Below, one piece after another: positions 25,520 through 39,813 of a DNA stretch of 64,000 nt; the stretch's first letter is position 1, and each line of letters starts with the position of its first letter. Under the pieces are notes generated by a model, which searched no databases, was not told the DNA's origin, and saw only the letters and a program-made list of their open reading frames with translations. The translations under genes and the position numbers were made by a program. Source of the stretch: Oopsacas minuta (lineage: Eukaryota > Animalia > Porifera); the NCBI GenBank assembly GCA_024704765.1, contig JAKMXF010000342.1, positions 157,351 through 221,350 on the forward strand. Reading direction: 5' to 3'.

Positions 25520-26850
25520 TGTAAACAAGGTGTTAAGAAATTGATGTCACTTTTATAACACGTACCATTCTCTAGTTTAATCTAAATAGATATGGTATTT
25601 ATTTCCTATGTAACCTTCATGCAGTTTTAGACATTTTCTAATTCGACCAGGCATTAAAGCTATGAGTCTTCCTACTGTCTTCGGTGAGATTTCCTTCCAG
25701 CTCAAATTTAACTGGATATCTAAAACTTTTAGGTTGGTTGCGCTCCATTGCATCCAGGTTGGTTTGCAAATGCCCAGAGGTTTTTGATAGGATTTAAGTC
25801 TGATGAGTTCGGAGGTCATAGTTTTTTTGTCCAAAAAGCTGCCATACTGTTTTTCAACCACTCCTAGCTTCTTTTGGAAGTATGTGTCGGGGCCCCATCT
25901 TGTTGAAAAATTGCTTGCGACCTATCTGGCAACAATTTTCTCTCTAGGATGGTCGCAGAATTTCTCTTTCGAAGTAAGCTGGATGTTAAAGTCTTTTTCA
26001 ATATGACTTCCACATAATAGTCTGATGTCACAGTTTGTCTGTGGGGGATTATAAGGAGGTCTGTGGGTCTTGATATGACATCACGCCCCATTCCATGATT
26101 TTCCAGGATATTTGACTTTTCAATGGGAGGGACACCGACCCTGGATTTCGCCCATACACTGTCGTTTTGCTTATTCGGAGTGTGGAATTGCCCAAAAGAG
26201 GACTCATCTGAGAATAAGACTCTTTCCAGGTGTAAATTGACCTATTCTTCCTTTCATTGCAGAATTTTAGCCGAGCTGTCCTCTGTTTTTCTGTCAATAT
26301 GAGTTGAACCTGTGGTTTGTAGGATCGAAGGTTGAGATTTTTGCGTAAGTACTAGTGTACTGTCACATGAGAAATAGAAAACCCCTATATTTGAGATTCT
26401 TGGAGAAATATCGTGTAGACTTCATCTTATACCCATTGTCTTAGCAATTACCTTTTCAGGTTACATAGTGACGGTCGTTTCCTTCGACAGCCCTTCCTGT
26501 TCTGTAGTGACTCATCTGCCTTGAACCTCAGCAACCAGTATCGAATGGTACGAATATATACTCCTACAACTTTAGCGATCTCATGAATCAACATACCCGC
26601 TCCTATCAAGGAAACTGCATGTGTATGGGTATTTGGAGTCACTTCTTTACCCATATCAATTTCTAGTATCTTATTGATAGTATTCTTTGACAAATTGAGT
26701 ATTTTGAGTAGAAGTAATTTGGAAATTAACTGAAATCTAATAGTTGAAGTATTTTGAGTATGATAATGGAGTTAAAACGTGATTCATCAATTGATATTGT
26801 GGCTCTTTTCATTTCCAAAAGGCCTACAATTGTTGTTCAATTTGTATTAC
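25520..26850 (-). mobile_element. Tc1-like DD37E (TRT-type) element, degenerate
   Basis: FQQDGAPTHTSKRS*EWLKN...PPNSSDLNPIKNLW, with 37-residue spacing to the Glu position (here Lys). N-terminal HTH with EIAKVVGV. TIRs not resolved. Confidence 0.75.
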
Positions 26851-26859
26851 TCCGGGTAG

Positions 26860-27400
26860 GGGAACCAATTTTGACCCTTCATTTGTATTCGTATCAACGA
26901 GTTTTGGTTGTATGTTAGAAATAGTTCTTGTGCAATTTTATCGTATAGTTGTTGTCCCAGCATCTCTCATCGTGCGTTAGTAATGTTGGAACTTCCCTGT
27001 GTCATTTATCAATTAATTTCCACCTCCATATAACTGTTCTTGTTGAGATTTATGATCTTTTTGATATATTTATGGAAATAATATAATATATACGAAATAT
27101 GTCCGAACAACTCCATGACAATGCCTGGCTAGCTTGATTATATATTTACCTATCTATACACAGAAATATAGTGATTTCCCTAGATCATTTGTCATGGGGT
27201 TCAAGCTCCTAGACGTACTGGTTCCTATTGAGATTAACAGTTTTTGCGATATATTTATGGATTTACGCATACTTGTCTTCTGATTCCGGTATCAATATAA
27301 TGGATCCAGGAATCTGAATTGATTCAAATTTATACTTCTCCTCATGGTCAAATTCATTGAGCATTTTTTTCTTTCGTACCTCTTTTAATTTATATCTATA
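26860..27400 (-). repeat. Fragment A of an unidentified coding-like repeat
   Basis: 26860-26992 aligns with 50005-50127 (AACCAATTT...TTCGTATCAA...TGCGTTAGTAATGTTGGAAC). The minus strand has a duplicated peptide motif HKYIxKxxNLNxNxY. Confidence 0.55.
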
Positions 27401-30400
27401 TGACTGCAAAGAGACTAGACATCTATGTTTATACAAGGATGACTTTGCCTATGTAAGAATGAAACCAAGCAACATTGGTGTTGGGTTTGCGTTGTGTAGG
27501 ATCCGCCAATTTGATATTTGTATGACCAGAGATGGAAAACATGAAATCAACCGGCGGCTAAAGACTGCTAAACATGAATGTATGCTAAATGGATAAACAA
27601 TCTTCTGTGCCTACTACACTTATTTATGTACCAGAACCAAGACTTCTGCTAGTATTAGTCACTCCTTTGGCACCAACTTTATAGGTCTAGTCAGTGATAA
27701 ATGCCCCTTTGGACCATTTTCGATAGTTTGTGATGGAGGCAACCTTATCATAGATCTTAAATATTTTACTATACTCGTGAGATATTGGTACAAACAACCA
27801 TGATATTAACTGTTTCTGGCAATCCTAATTTGTAAGATTGCAACTTTTATAAATCTATTTAATGTTCTAATCACTGTTTTAATGAACTTACGCTTTATTG
27901 GGAAAGTGTGATCGATTTCCGTCGGATACCGCAAACGTTAAAGTTGTACACGTAACTATGTACTCAGTTGAATACGCGAAAAGCAACCACGCTTTATCAG
28001 CCTCAGGTATTTGTGCCACTTGACTCACTTGTGTGTAACTACTGCACTAAAATATATCCCTATATATTTGGATGCTCTACTTATTGATTATATATTTTTA
28101 TCACTTTAAGTATATTGTAAAGAGTTAAATATTAAGAATCTTCAGTGATGCAAGCAGGGTTTGAGTAATTCAACTAGTGAGAGTTGAAATACTGCTACCA
28201 GGTATTTCAGCCTACTTCGGTGCCTCAAATTCTTGCTTAAATAGTGTCCAGCCTGATAGCATATTTTGACAGGCAAATAGATTTAGAAACAAAGTGTTAA
28301 AATAGTCGAGGACTCTTTAAATAGTTTGGGGTAAAATTAATTGTACACTTTTACACTTCGCTATCAGTCACCCAACAAATTTACTCTAATATTTGAAACT
28401 CATGCAGCCGTATCGGGTAGCATTAATCAGGATACAATCTTTCTTCCTCGTGGTAGTACAGGTAATATTTTCAAATCTGAAATATTTATGGCTATAGCTG
28501 ATATTCTAACTTAACAAAAAATGAACTTGATACCTAGAATTAGTTTAGTGATTGGGAATGACACTTTAGACCATATTTTAGAGTTTGAATGTGAAATATA
28601 TGGCGCGTTACTGGGGAATACAGGTGTACGATGATCTTCGCTTGTTTGATGAAACTGTTGTCTCAAAAGATACCTGCCAATTTCCCTCACAGGAATGATA
28701 CATTAAGCGATTTAGCGTTTCTTAACCTCATAATCATGTATATTATTGTATCCAATCCATTACACACCTCTGTACACAATTCATGACTACTACCTCTGAG
28801 GAAATGATCAAATATTTGGAGAGTTTGTTACTTACAACGTTGCTCCAAATAATCAGCTGACATCATATAATCCAACTGCTATAGCTGCTATTGAACATTT
28901 CTGGTCATCAATTGGCACATTAGAAGTGGTTACTTCAGTATATACTTCTGATTCCCCTATTGCTTACTCTCACTTATCAATACTTTCAAATATTCTTATT
29001 ATCCTTCCGCATTCTATGGTTAAACAGTTGAAAGTGATTCCAGTTCTTCATTGAGCCCATCCACAAACTTGTGATCTACTCAGTATGTACCACCCTGAAC
29101 AATGGTATTCAGCCATTGCTAATATTTATACACAAATAGTATTAATCTCGCCTATTATTGAGCCAATGCTGCAAAACTGTAAGATAAGGACTATATCAAA
29201 TGTAAAGTCTACATTCTGCGTAATTGAAAACTTCAATATATAGATTTCCTATTCGATACTGAGTGATAATGATGAAAATTGTCAACTTATGAAACATTGT
29301 GTCACTATACACCATTTACAGCAATTATACATATTGTTATAGGTTTCACTGAGTGACCACAGTGTCCCAAATGGCAATTTAGTGAAAATAGAGATGAAGA
29401 GTCAGACACTATACATTCTTTCATTCAAGAGATCATCAATGAAGAGTTGAGTAACATAACAACTACCAAGACACTGTTGAAGTAATTACCTTCCTTTCTT
29501 TGTATATATGTATCTCGGTCTGTACTCAAGAATATCGATTGTGAAGAATGCAATAAAGGGGGCCTCAATTTACCAACATCGTGACTAAATAACTACACAC
29601 AGTTTGCTTTTTCTGTTCTTGAATATCTGGAACAAAGAATACGTACTAGAATTTGAAATTCCCTCAGAAGTTGTAGCTTAGAGTATCTTCAATTGGTTAT
29701 GGTCAGATTGGGACGATTGCTTTAATTCAATGTTGCCTCTCATATAGGGCCCCAAATTCGTTTCGCCTCCATGCACCAATGGATTTAAGATTTTGAATAG
29801 CTAATTCGTCGTTTTCCAGTGCATCTCTCTCGAAAACCTTCATTCACTCTAAATATCTGGGAAGTATTTATTCTTCAATCTAGTCTGAGAGACCCCCTAC
29901 TCTCTAGCGACCCCAGAATCTTCCTATGCAAACTTTTGAGGGAATCGGATTAATCAGAGATGAGAAATCCTAGGGCAACCAACCGCCAGCTTTGGATCAT
30001 GGATCTTTCGTCGAATCTTGAAATTTAACTTGTTCTATTTTCATATACATATGTTGTATATTATAAGTCACTCCACTCATTAATCGTATCTACGTATATA
30101 TACAATTCATTTTGTTTACACGAAGCAAATCATGTATTTGTGATTGTATTTTGAATGCTCTCTAAGATAAATTATTCAAATTTTAACATTCATCATGAAA
30201 ACAGTACTTTTCCAATTCAATGTATGGAAATAACACAAGAATGTGGAAAAATACAAATTCCTTTAATTATTATATTCCTAGCTATTCTTAGTTATCTAAT
30301 ACATTTACTCTGTCTATCTGGCCTGAAAGATACCTACTTCCTATTAATACCCAAATTATACTCAGCATTATTGTTTCCTACTAAATATTTCAGGCATTTA

Positions 30401-31250
30401 ACTGGAAATTTCTTACTACTACCTTGAGTAATTTAATTAAAAATTTGTAAACAAATCCTTTATTTATTTCTAACCCGGCCTTAGTCGTTGACTTACAGTC
30501 CGATATGAAAACCCTAACTGGCCACTAGGAATATCTAGACTATCACCTGCAACTATAAGTAGCATAATCTTCATGATAATATCATTAACCAAACTTAGTT
30601 TTTGTTCAGCTTCCACGAATTGAGTAAATAACATTTTGTCACCTAAATCATTTGGTGTTTACAAGGGTACTCGAGTCATCAATGGATATCTAGCAGTGGT
30701 GGTTTTATGGGCTGCATGGAGTGCTGAAGCACCCCTAATATTTTTCGTGAAAGTGTAGTCATTAGTGAGTCAAAATATTTTTCGAGTATGATAATGGTGA
30801 CAAAGTAACTTATGAAATGGGATCCAAGTTGAAAATACAGCTACGATATCACAGTGAGTAACTGTGAAATATTTTCATTTGAGTTTGTCATCTTTCTCTC
30901 ATGTTAATTTATTGTTCCCTCTAATGTCTTCACATAAATCAAGTATTGATAAATTTAATATTTTTGGTTATAGATTATGGGCATGTGTTTATCGCGCTTA
31001 GACATGCAAATTGACAAGGTTGAGTAACGTATAATGACTGAGAAGTTCATGTGGGCATTTAATCTTGGTACAAAGAGGTAATAAGCCCTGAAACGGTTTA
31101 TGACCACTGCTTAAGTGGAGGGCAACCATCAACTCGAACAGATTTCGATTTCCAGTGAATATTCGGTTTGCTTTCTGTTGCCTGTAGTTCAAATCATGCT
31201 CAATATTTCTACCCTTAAGAAATTCTATTATTTTTCCTATATTTCTTTAG

Positions 31251-31499
31251 GTGAAAAACGCTGAATTAGCAAGAGCTAAGCAAAGACGTATATTAATGCG
31301 AGAAAGGAAAATTGAAGAAGAAAGATATCATCAAGATGAAAGAATGAAAAAATCTCTGGCGAGATCCAGAGCTAATCCAAGAATCATAACAGGACGAAAA
31401 TTATTATTTAGGTCTAATCCCCCAAAGATGCAACATTATGAACCTCTTTCGGGTCAGCGAGATCGTGAAGAAGAAGATCATTTGTATTTCTTTTCATAG
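31251..31499 (+). CDS. CFAP100: CFAP100 (CCDC37), last coding exon
   Basis: Polypyrimidine tract plus TTTAG acceptor at 31241-31250. VKNAELARAKQRRILMRERKIEE...ARSRANPRIITGRKLLFRSNPP...EEEDHLYFFS* matches the CFAP100 C-terminal signature (GR.L..RS.PP; EEE...FF). Confidence 0.85.
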   Translation: MKNAELARAKQRRILMRERKIEEERYHQDERMKKSLARSRANPRIITGRKLLFRSNPPKMQHYEPLSGQRDREEEDHLYFFS

Positions 31500-32494
31500 T
31501 GGATGATTGATAAATGTATATTCACTAATTCCAGTTATGCCCTATGTTATCATGCCATCATGTGCATACTGATTATATCCTCCTGGGGAAGAAAGATTAT
31601 ATTGCTATGCGCTTTCAATAGTATCCGGCCTAATACCATGCAACTTTAGTTCGTTCTGAATTGTAACAATTTACGGATTCCGCTCTGAAATTTAGCGGAT
31701 TACAACTAGGAAATTTGTGATCTGATTTTATTTAATAATGCGGGAATCGTCAATTTTTACGCGATTTGTGGAGACAGTGCTTAAATTTTAAGTTCCTATT
31801 CATCTACGATAGTGAAGTTCGAGCATATTCGGTAATTGAAAGAGTATTGAAAAGTGTAATGTCATTCTGACCTGATTTTTGTTCCAGTTTGGCCCATTTT
31901 GTCCACAGGAACTTTTATATCTGTGATTGTGTCCTCCCAGGTTGTGATGTTTTGCCTCATTTGAAATTGAGAATAGCTCCTTGAGTACTCAAAATATATA
32001 CAACTTATTATGATATTTTGAGGAATTAGAGGTTAGATAAAGGTTTCCAAGGTGCAATAAAAATTCAAAAATTACAAAAACCATATACAATTCGTTCTTT
32101 ATTCTAGATTTAATTGCCAAAATCCGTGCATGTCAATTTTTAATAATTATTAAGCAATTTAATTAATGCATTCGCAACCGCCTAACCCATCTGCAACCTT
32201 TTCTGCTTCTTGCAGACCTATTTTGTGGTATTCGTTGAGTTCGGGGACCGCCAAACAAAAATTCGTAGTATGTATCTACTTTACTTTGTGGATATACTTT
32301 GTCAAGTGGTAAATGTACACATTGTATAATACTAATTATGAATCCTATTATGGTTAAGAGATATATTAAATTTTGCCCAGAGCTTGGACACCTTTTGTTA
32401 GCTTTATGTATTCCGTTGTCTTAGTATTGAGGGCAATTCGTAAGTCATTGTTGATGTTCAAACGATTTCATAATTTGGGATTTATTATTGTCAC

Positions 32495-32932
32495 ATATAT
32501 AAATGCATTTTCACAATGGTATGTAGTTGTCAATGGAAGGATTGTATCGAGAATCGCTATATAGTGGAGAGATTTCGTGCCAGTTCCGGACCTTGTACTT
32601 GACGCGCCAGAAATCAACATAAGCAAATTTCTCAATATGTGGATTTCCAGGAGTAGTTACTTGAATATTAATGAGTTCCTCTTGTACCAGTATTTCTAAT
32701 CCAGCAACATCGTCAGTAGTAGCTGTAAACCGGTTTGCAACAAAATTGAGCTTACCTGTATACTGAATTTCATCTAATTGAATATTCATTTCTTGATTCA
32801 AATTGGTTATATGTTCCAAATATTATTGATAATTCAATTAGCAGATCAATTTCCCCATGTTCTAACTTTGTTCTCCTTAGTCGCATACGTCGAGAAAAAC
32901 TCATCATTACTTTTGACATGTTATCATGGTGA
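32495..32932 (-). repeat. Fragment B of the unidentified repeat (contains ORF 32511-32819)
   Basis: Near-identical to 49636-49995 apart from a ~70-bp gap in that copy. Confidence 0.85.
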
Positions 32933-32999
32933 TTTATCTCCTTGGAGTTTATGATTGATTTTATTCTAGCGTTCAAAAATTTCGAAGAGATAGTCCAAG

Positions 33000-33650
33000 C
33001 GTATGAGAAATGGAATCATTTCCAGTGTACATTCTATTCACTATTGATTTCTTTTAAAAACTTAAAAGATTTTCACTCGGAATTCAAATACTCTACCCAT
33101 CACACGACCCCATGACAGCCCTCTCACTTCCGTGTGAAGAAGTAGATTCTGATTGATTTCATCTGCGCCAAGTCCTTCCAATATTCCAGAGTGGGTTGAG
33201 AGTTCTCGCTTTATGAGATTATCCACTTTGATGCATATGTTACACATCATTCAATCCTGGGAAGAGTTTTTTTGAGACCAGTGCCTGTCTGTGAACGGAA
33301 CAGTAGACAATCCATCATTGAGCTGCTACTCCTTTAAATCCTGCATTGAAGCCTTCATGTTACCTATTATGAAGCATCTCCATCGCTGCAACAAGCAACA
33401 AGAACACATAATTCTGATTATAACTTCAGAAATAACTATCCACTGCTCAAAAAATGTGCCATTTGTGTTCTTGGAAGCTTCATTGAGTAAGGATTATCAT
33501 TCTTAAGTTTTGTATTTGCTATAGATCGAACATGTAGAAGGGCTTCTGATGTTATGGTGGTGGTCTCATTAAATTGTATTCTAAAATTATCAGATGCGAG
33601 AATTTCACATAACTTTCTCGGCAATTCATTGCCATGTAACGGATTTGTCG
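33000..33650 (-). mobile_element. Buster/Charlie hAT transposase relic
   Basis: FRIQFNETT...EALLHVR and NLLLHTEVRGLSWGRVMGRVFE (decayed HTEVRWLS motif). Confidence 0.75.
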
Positions 33651-34576
33651 TTTAACCCTTCAGCAGATAATGGGATAAATTCAATCTTTGTGGCAGCTTG
33701 ATTACTATACCTAACGATGCCATTATATTAACATAACTAGGATTTATTAACTCTTCCCCGATATTATGATTCTTTTGACTCTAGATATGTTGAAACTAAT
33801 ATGATAGGATGCTTCAGTGGATCTTCTAGAACTGAGTTCAGATTATTAAATGTACTCATAATTGCAGCTGGCCTGTTACTATCTAAGGATCCTTCTATCG
33901 TTCAACAAACTGCATCCAGGATTAGACTGCTGTTGTGTTTCGTTCCTTGATTGCTTTAAGTTTGCGGAGGCTTTACTTCATTATTGCATAGAATTTAACC
34001 ACAAAATGCATTCTTGCCTAGAATCACCAATTCTATATGCTATAAAACCACACCTAAGATACACAAAGCTGTATGCACCAGATTTTATTGTGCCGGATAT
34101 TTTAAGCTTCATAGCCATTTATTGGGTTCCTGACTGCTATAACCACATAGTAATGTAATATTCTTCCGAAATCTTAAATTATGATCAAATCAACTAAGGC
34201 TCATCATTACTGAAATATATAAGCCAATATAACAGATAGTAATTGTGAACATATACTTATGGTTATCCAATTCTTAAGATTCAAGCATACCTCACAACTT
34301 GTTGGCTACTATGCAAATTGGAAGAATTATTTATGCTAACCACACGCCATTAAACTTTTAGCTTGTTGTGACACCATCCAAATTCATATGTAATAACACC
34401 GTCAAATCTTGATTAGAAGTTCTTTAAAGGACTAGGTATCAATGTAGAAGAACTAAGGTAAACATTACCGAAGTTCTACAACCCAATATTTCATAATTCA
34501 TCTAAAGTATTGTAAAGATCGACGCAGATCCTTGAAAGCTCATAATGCAATGTGGACCCATAAAGGTCAGTATACC

Positions 34577-36260
34577 CAGGGCCGGATTATCCAATAAGCA
34601 CTGTGCCTAGGGCATACGAAAACTTGTGACCTATGATAATCTGAAAAATTAATTATTACATGACAATCATTGTCGTAGAATTTTTAAACTATACATCAGT
34701 ATAAGTATTCCCGAAATGATTATCTAATACACATAATTATGCTGAATATATACTTTACGGCTTTCTTCATAGTAAAATCTCTGATTACTGCATCAATATC
34801 TAACTTTCGATTGAAAGTAAGTAGAGAGAAGAAAACTGTTCTTGGCCCATAGTTGACCTTAAGCAATTTTTATGCTCCTTAGTTTGGGAAAGGATCTCTC
34901 GCCTTCACAACTGGTCACAAACATTGAAAGATAAATTCTAAGTGCTATGTTTAGATTAAGTAAACTTGTTATAGACCATTTTTTGTTTGTTGAATCAACA
35001 TCTCGTATACAGTGTGCCTCTCTGGATACATATTTGAGAATAACATAAATTCATCAATATAGCATTCCTCCAAATCTCTGGGATAAGTATTTAGTAATTT
35101 CGTGGGTTTCGGAATTTATTCACTTTGGACATAGATTTGGTGACGAGACCAAATCTGTCATCCAACATGGAGTATGCTTCTTGACGTTTTTCTATTTCCA
35201 GAATCAGCTTGTCTATAATGGGATTAAATGTCTGTGTTCGAAATCTGTCGCTCGAACACATATCTGAGAGTGTGTGGTCTGTTCCATTCGTAGAACCTTT
35301 ATAAAAGAATTGTTTCACTACACATTCACGCGAGGACTTATAGTCACTTCTGAAAATTATTTTGCCTTCATTTCAACACTGTTAAATTGATTAAGGATTT
35401 CTTAGAAGTGTGTTAGAAGACGATCATACAACCTAATGACTGTACCCAATTCAATTCTGAGTCCTTGAACAGAATTATTAACTATTTATGTTTTTAACAG
35501 CTTAAATGTGTTAAGTAATTTCGCAAGGGATTTAGCATCGTGAACAGCTGAAGGAGGTTGCCCAGGACGTTCAGCAGAATTCATAAGACAGTTTAATCCC
35601 TTAGTATTCTTAAATAGAGCTCTCATAGCATCACTTCTTGCAAACAATTGTGTTTCAGACACACTCTGAACTACATATGCCTTGTTTTCAAGATTTCCAG
35701 TTAGTATACTCCACCTTTTAGGTGGAGCCGAAAAGAAATTATATATAGATTGCAAAACTCCAGAAGTTTACAGCCTCTAAACAAGCTTCCACAGCAACAG
35801 ATCCTGCGAAATTTAGGCTATGGGCTGCACAGTGCAACCATTCTGCATATTTATTGTTTTTATGAATCTTGTATGTACTCCAGAGTATATCCCACTCATA
35901 TTGCTTGAATTATCATAAGATTGTGATGTGCACCATTAGATATTTATTTCATTTGTTGGAGAAACTTGATTAATAAATCAAAGAGGTAGTCGCCATCATG
36001 CCTCACGATAGCAAGAAATTCTAGAAATCTTTCCACAACAATTCCATCAGAGAGAACTTACCGAATTATTATGGTAAGTTGATCAATGGGACTTACACCA
36101 GGTGTTGAATCAATACTTACTCCATGGTACTTAGAATATTTGATTTCTTCAATAATTTTCTACTTAACTTTTAGTCCCATAATAGTTATAAATTCATCAC
36201 AAATAGTGGAAGATTGGTAGCACACTTGTCCAAAAAGGGGACGTCATTATTTCGTCAGAG
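34577..36260 (-). mobile_element. hAT (ZMYM1/Tip100-like) relic, 5'-truncated
   Basis: Terminus CAGGGCCGGATTATCCAATAAGC at 34577. Minus-strand motifs VSIDSTPGVSPIDQLTIIIR...VERFLEF, YNFFSAPPKRWSIL, FRTQTFNPIIDKL. Confidence 0.8.
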
Positions 36261-36529
36261 GTATGAATTTTCGTTCAAGGCTCGAACTTGACCCAGCAAT
36301 GCCAAAAATTAGTGCTTCAATGCTCGACATGCAAACTTATATTTGTATATATAATTATACACATGCACACATACTTATAATAGATTTATTGCATTTTAAT
36401 AGTTTAGATCTGAAAGCTTTTCTTTGCGTCTCAAGTAATCTATTTCTCTCACTATCACTATTATGTAATTTAAATGCCTTGTCTATTACGTTGGTCACAG
36501 TTTGACAAGGTTGTTATTCCGTGAAATTT

Positions 36530-38110
36530 CGTCTACCTTACAGAATGTTTTCATCTGCAGATGTTGCACAATGCACCAAAATACAATTCAAAGTAAGTAA
36601 AGATAATCCCCCATATTTAGACCGTTTATATATTCTGATGATACTTCTCCTTCATCTACATCAGGTTGCCCATGCATATAAACAATAAATCCACCAATGT
36701 AAACAAACTTATGTTTACGAGGCTCACTTGAAATATACGGATTTGAGTATCTTCGATGCTCACCTAGTGTAGTAGTTGTATGTCAGTTTCTGGAATCTCT
36801 GAATCACAGAGTGAACAATATCTACGCAGAGTCCCATTGAGAATTGTATCGTATTTCAATAATTGGTGGATATGTTGAGCTTCAAAATCGATGCAAAATT
36901 ACCACCGCAACGCTGCCTAGCTTGACCAAAAAACTTTTCTAGAGAATCTTGGGAAAATGTTAATGGAAGAACGTATTGGTAAGCCATAATTCGTCATTAG
37001 ATGCTTAGATGCAGCTATATTGTTTATGATTGTAGTAACAAATGCCTCTCCGGTGAATTTTCTTCCATTTCTTTTTTCATTTCCTCCCACCAGTTCATGT
37101 ACAGCTAGAAATCACCGCACATGCTCTTTGTAATCTATCAAAACTCAGGCAATTCTCTGACCAAGACGCAGGATAATCATCTTTAAGTTGAGGACAGGAG
37201 ATTATATCCTTAAAATTCATCATTTAATTTGAACCGGCCTTGTAGTGCATTAGATGAAACGTTGGTTTTATCAGTAAAACTTGGGGAAACTAATGGTACA
37301 CTTTGACCCTGTAGTTGTTTTTAATGAATAGAACAGTACGATAATTTGCTGACTTATCAATTCAATGAATAAAGCTGAAGTTGCAAGTTCTTCTGTTTTT
37401 TTATATGCATTACCAGGTACGTTGCACCCAGTAAAACGTATTGCTTTATTACGATTGACCTTATCAAATAAAACGTTCGCTAAACGCTGTTGATGATCTA
37501 ATTTTTCAAGTAGTTTTACTAAATTTTGGTCTTGAGAGGATTTGACATTAAATCTCAAATTAAGGTTACTTTGGAAGTGTAATAGCCTTAGATTTTCTAA
37601 GCATTACGTAGGCTGCTGGGGTGATATGTAAAGTAATTCGGCTGCTAAAATAACGGTATAGTTAGCATAACGACATTCATTAACATGATACAAAAGGAGG
37701 GCCAAATTGTCCAGAATGACTTGGTAATCTGGTCAATCGTGTTAATATATACCTTAATTGTGACCATTTCTGTGTATTAAGTTGTTAATTTATAAATCAT
37801 AAAATTTAGGAACTTCATATCAATTATTTTTGCCAGGATGAGTTGTAGAAATTCAAATGCGGAATTGAAATCTCTGAAACGTAGAAATTGGAGAATTTTT
37901 GCTTAGAGTATCTGTCATTAGCATGGCTAGCTCAGTGCTGTTATCAATAAACCGAAAATTAGACATATGTGAGCCAATATTCTTAACTATTTTTGATAAT
38001 TTTAATTTTATGTTATTTTCCTTCCAATCCCTCTCCATTTTCTCTTGGCATCATATGTTAAAAATTTACAGATCTAGGGGTTGTTTGACTTTGTTATATA
38101 CAAGACTTTG
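36530..38110 (-). mobile_element. P-element (THAP9-like) transposase relic
   Basis: RYANYTVIL...PAAYVMLRKS...LP, LANVLFDKV...LATSALFIE, QDSLEKFFGQARQRCGGNF, HKFVYIGGF. Confidence 0.75.
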
Positions 38111-38139
38111 GAATAGTGGGAGGTGAATTCAAACCTCAT

Positions 38140-39400
38140 CACTTAAAGCACCTTTGTCTGAAGAATAAATCCCAAATATTTCCAATCTCTTTCGTAAACA
38201 CCCATATTTATGTCTTAGAAAGAAGTGTTGGTGTAAATAATTGCAAATTTCCACCCCATACTCCATTGTATTCCATGTTTATTTTGTTTATGTAACCTAT
38301 TAAATTTAAGTATTCGGGCATTTGAGCAATAAAATTTCCACATTTTTATTTAGGTAATTTGACAGGACAACAATGCATCAACGTATTATATAACAATTGT
38401 CTGCCGAACCTGACACAGAATATGCTAAGGGGAGATATGTAGTTCCCTTCTACAGGAATATACTGTGTCCTACTAGGTATACAATATTTCAACGGCATGT
38501 TCATTTAACTGTTAGTATTATTTATTCCTAGACTTACCCTGACATTAAGAAACTTGTTACAAATATCAAACTTACATGCGTGGGGATAACATGGAAGATC
38601 ATGATTTAAATTGCACAATTGTCTTAGATCCAAATCTGTATGATTTAAGCGTTATCAACTGAGAGAACGCCTGGCCTCTTGTTTATTACAGAACCTGTCA
38701 ATATTCCATTTTGGTGTGAAAATATAAAATCAGAAATTTTCTCTTATTATCAGTTTGCTCCCATTTATTTACATTTATTACTCCCAAAACCTTATCTACT
38801 CTTACATAGATTAGGATTGATGTAACTATGTTGGCATTCACTTCTGCTATATCATTATTCTATGGAATCTTCTTCATATATTATTTTGAATTTCGTTTTC
38901 CTAATTTTAAATATATGGTAGCTAAAGGATGATATCCAAAATTAAATGCATGTATTCTGTAATTTGAATATTCATACATTGTAGCATTCGACAGAAATTG
39001 TCAGTTCTAGTTTAGTAGGGAGTTAAACGCTTTAGTGACTGTTAAAATAGTAATATAGGTGTAATGTGGTACTCGGGATGTTGTAGAGTTGAAACACAAA
39101 AATACTATAGATTTTGTGCAAAACTGAGGTTTACTGATAATGGAACCTGCACCATACAAGTGCAAAATTTAATATACAGTTAAATATTTCAAACCTCTAT
39201 CTTCCTCTCCATATATAGTAGATGTATAATGAAGGGTTCCTTAACCCATTATTGAATTAATCAGGTATTGGCTTCTCACTCAGTAAGTTATGAGAATATT
39301 CTTGAATGATAGAAATATATCATTAGAAAATATGTTGGATGATATAACTTCAACTGTTTATGAAAATATTCGTCAACAGATGTGTGCTGAAGACTTTCTC
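38140..39400 (-). pseudogene. Highly decayed relic homologous to the 3' part of the Mutator-OTU ORF
   Basis: RIHAFNFGYHP (38925-38958) matches RISAFNFTFHP (12228-12260). VEGNY..LAYSVSGS (~38450) matches SDGNCYFSTISYLITGS. GVWGGNLQLF...IWVF (38195-38265) matches GKWATDLEVF...IWVF. Motif spacing is similar (~500 bp). Frameshifts are needed. Confidence 0.55.
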
Positions 39401-39444
39401 CATAATATTTTGGCAAAAACTACCAGATATATAACGTGCATGTA

Positions 39445-39813
39445 CAGGGTGGCCAATAAGTTCTGACCCATTGATAAAAATTCATAATTCAAAAAATATC
39501 AAACTATATTCACTAAGATTTATTCCAGTTCTATTAGATAACTATATCAATACATTCGATAGTAGCTACTCANAATTTAGTCCGATTTTAGTGTTCTAAA
39601 GTTCCCTGTTCATTATTCGACGAGTTCTATGACTTCAAAACAACCCCTAGTGTCGATTAAAAGGGAATCACCTTCCGGTACAATACTATAGTTGTACCAA
39701 AAATAATTACTATTATCCATAATATTCTCAAAAGCCATCAAGCCCTGTACCTTGTTTGTGTCTTCCAGATAAATTTATTACTAACCCACAGGAGTTCATT
39801 TATTGGTGACACA
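39445..39813. mobile_element. Tc1/maT-derived MITE
   Basis: TA-CAGGGTGGCCAATAAG at the left and an eroded TTATTGGTGACAC at the right. Confidence 0.5.

Noticed and set aside
28400-29300. Faint hAT-like C-terminal peptide (IEHFWSSIG...ILIILPHS)
   Set aside because: Too decayed; no termini or second motif to support a call.
33862-34158. Possible LINE reverse-transcriptase remnant
   Set aside because: No RT catalytic motifs in any frame I read.
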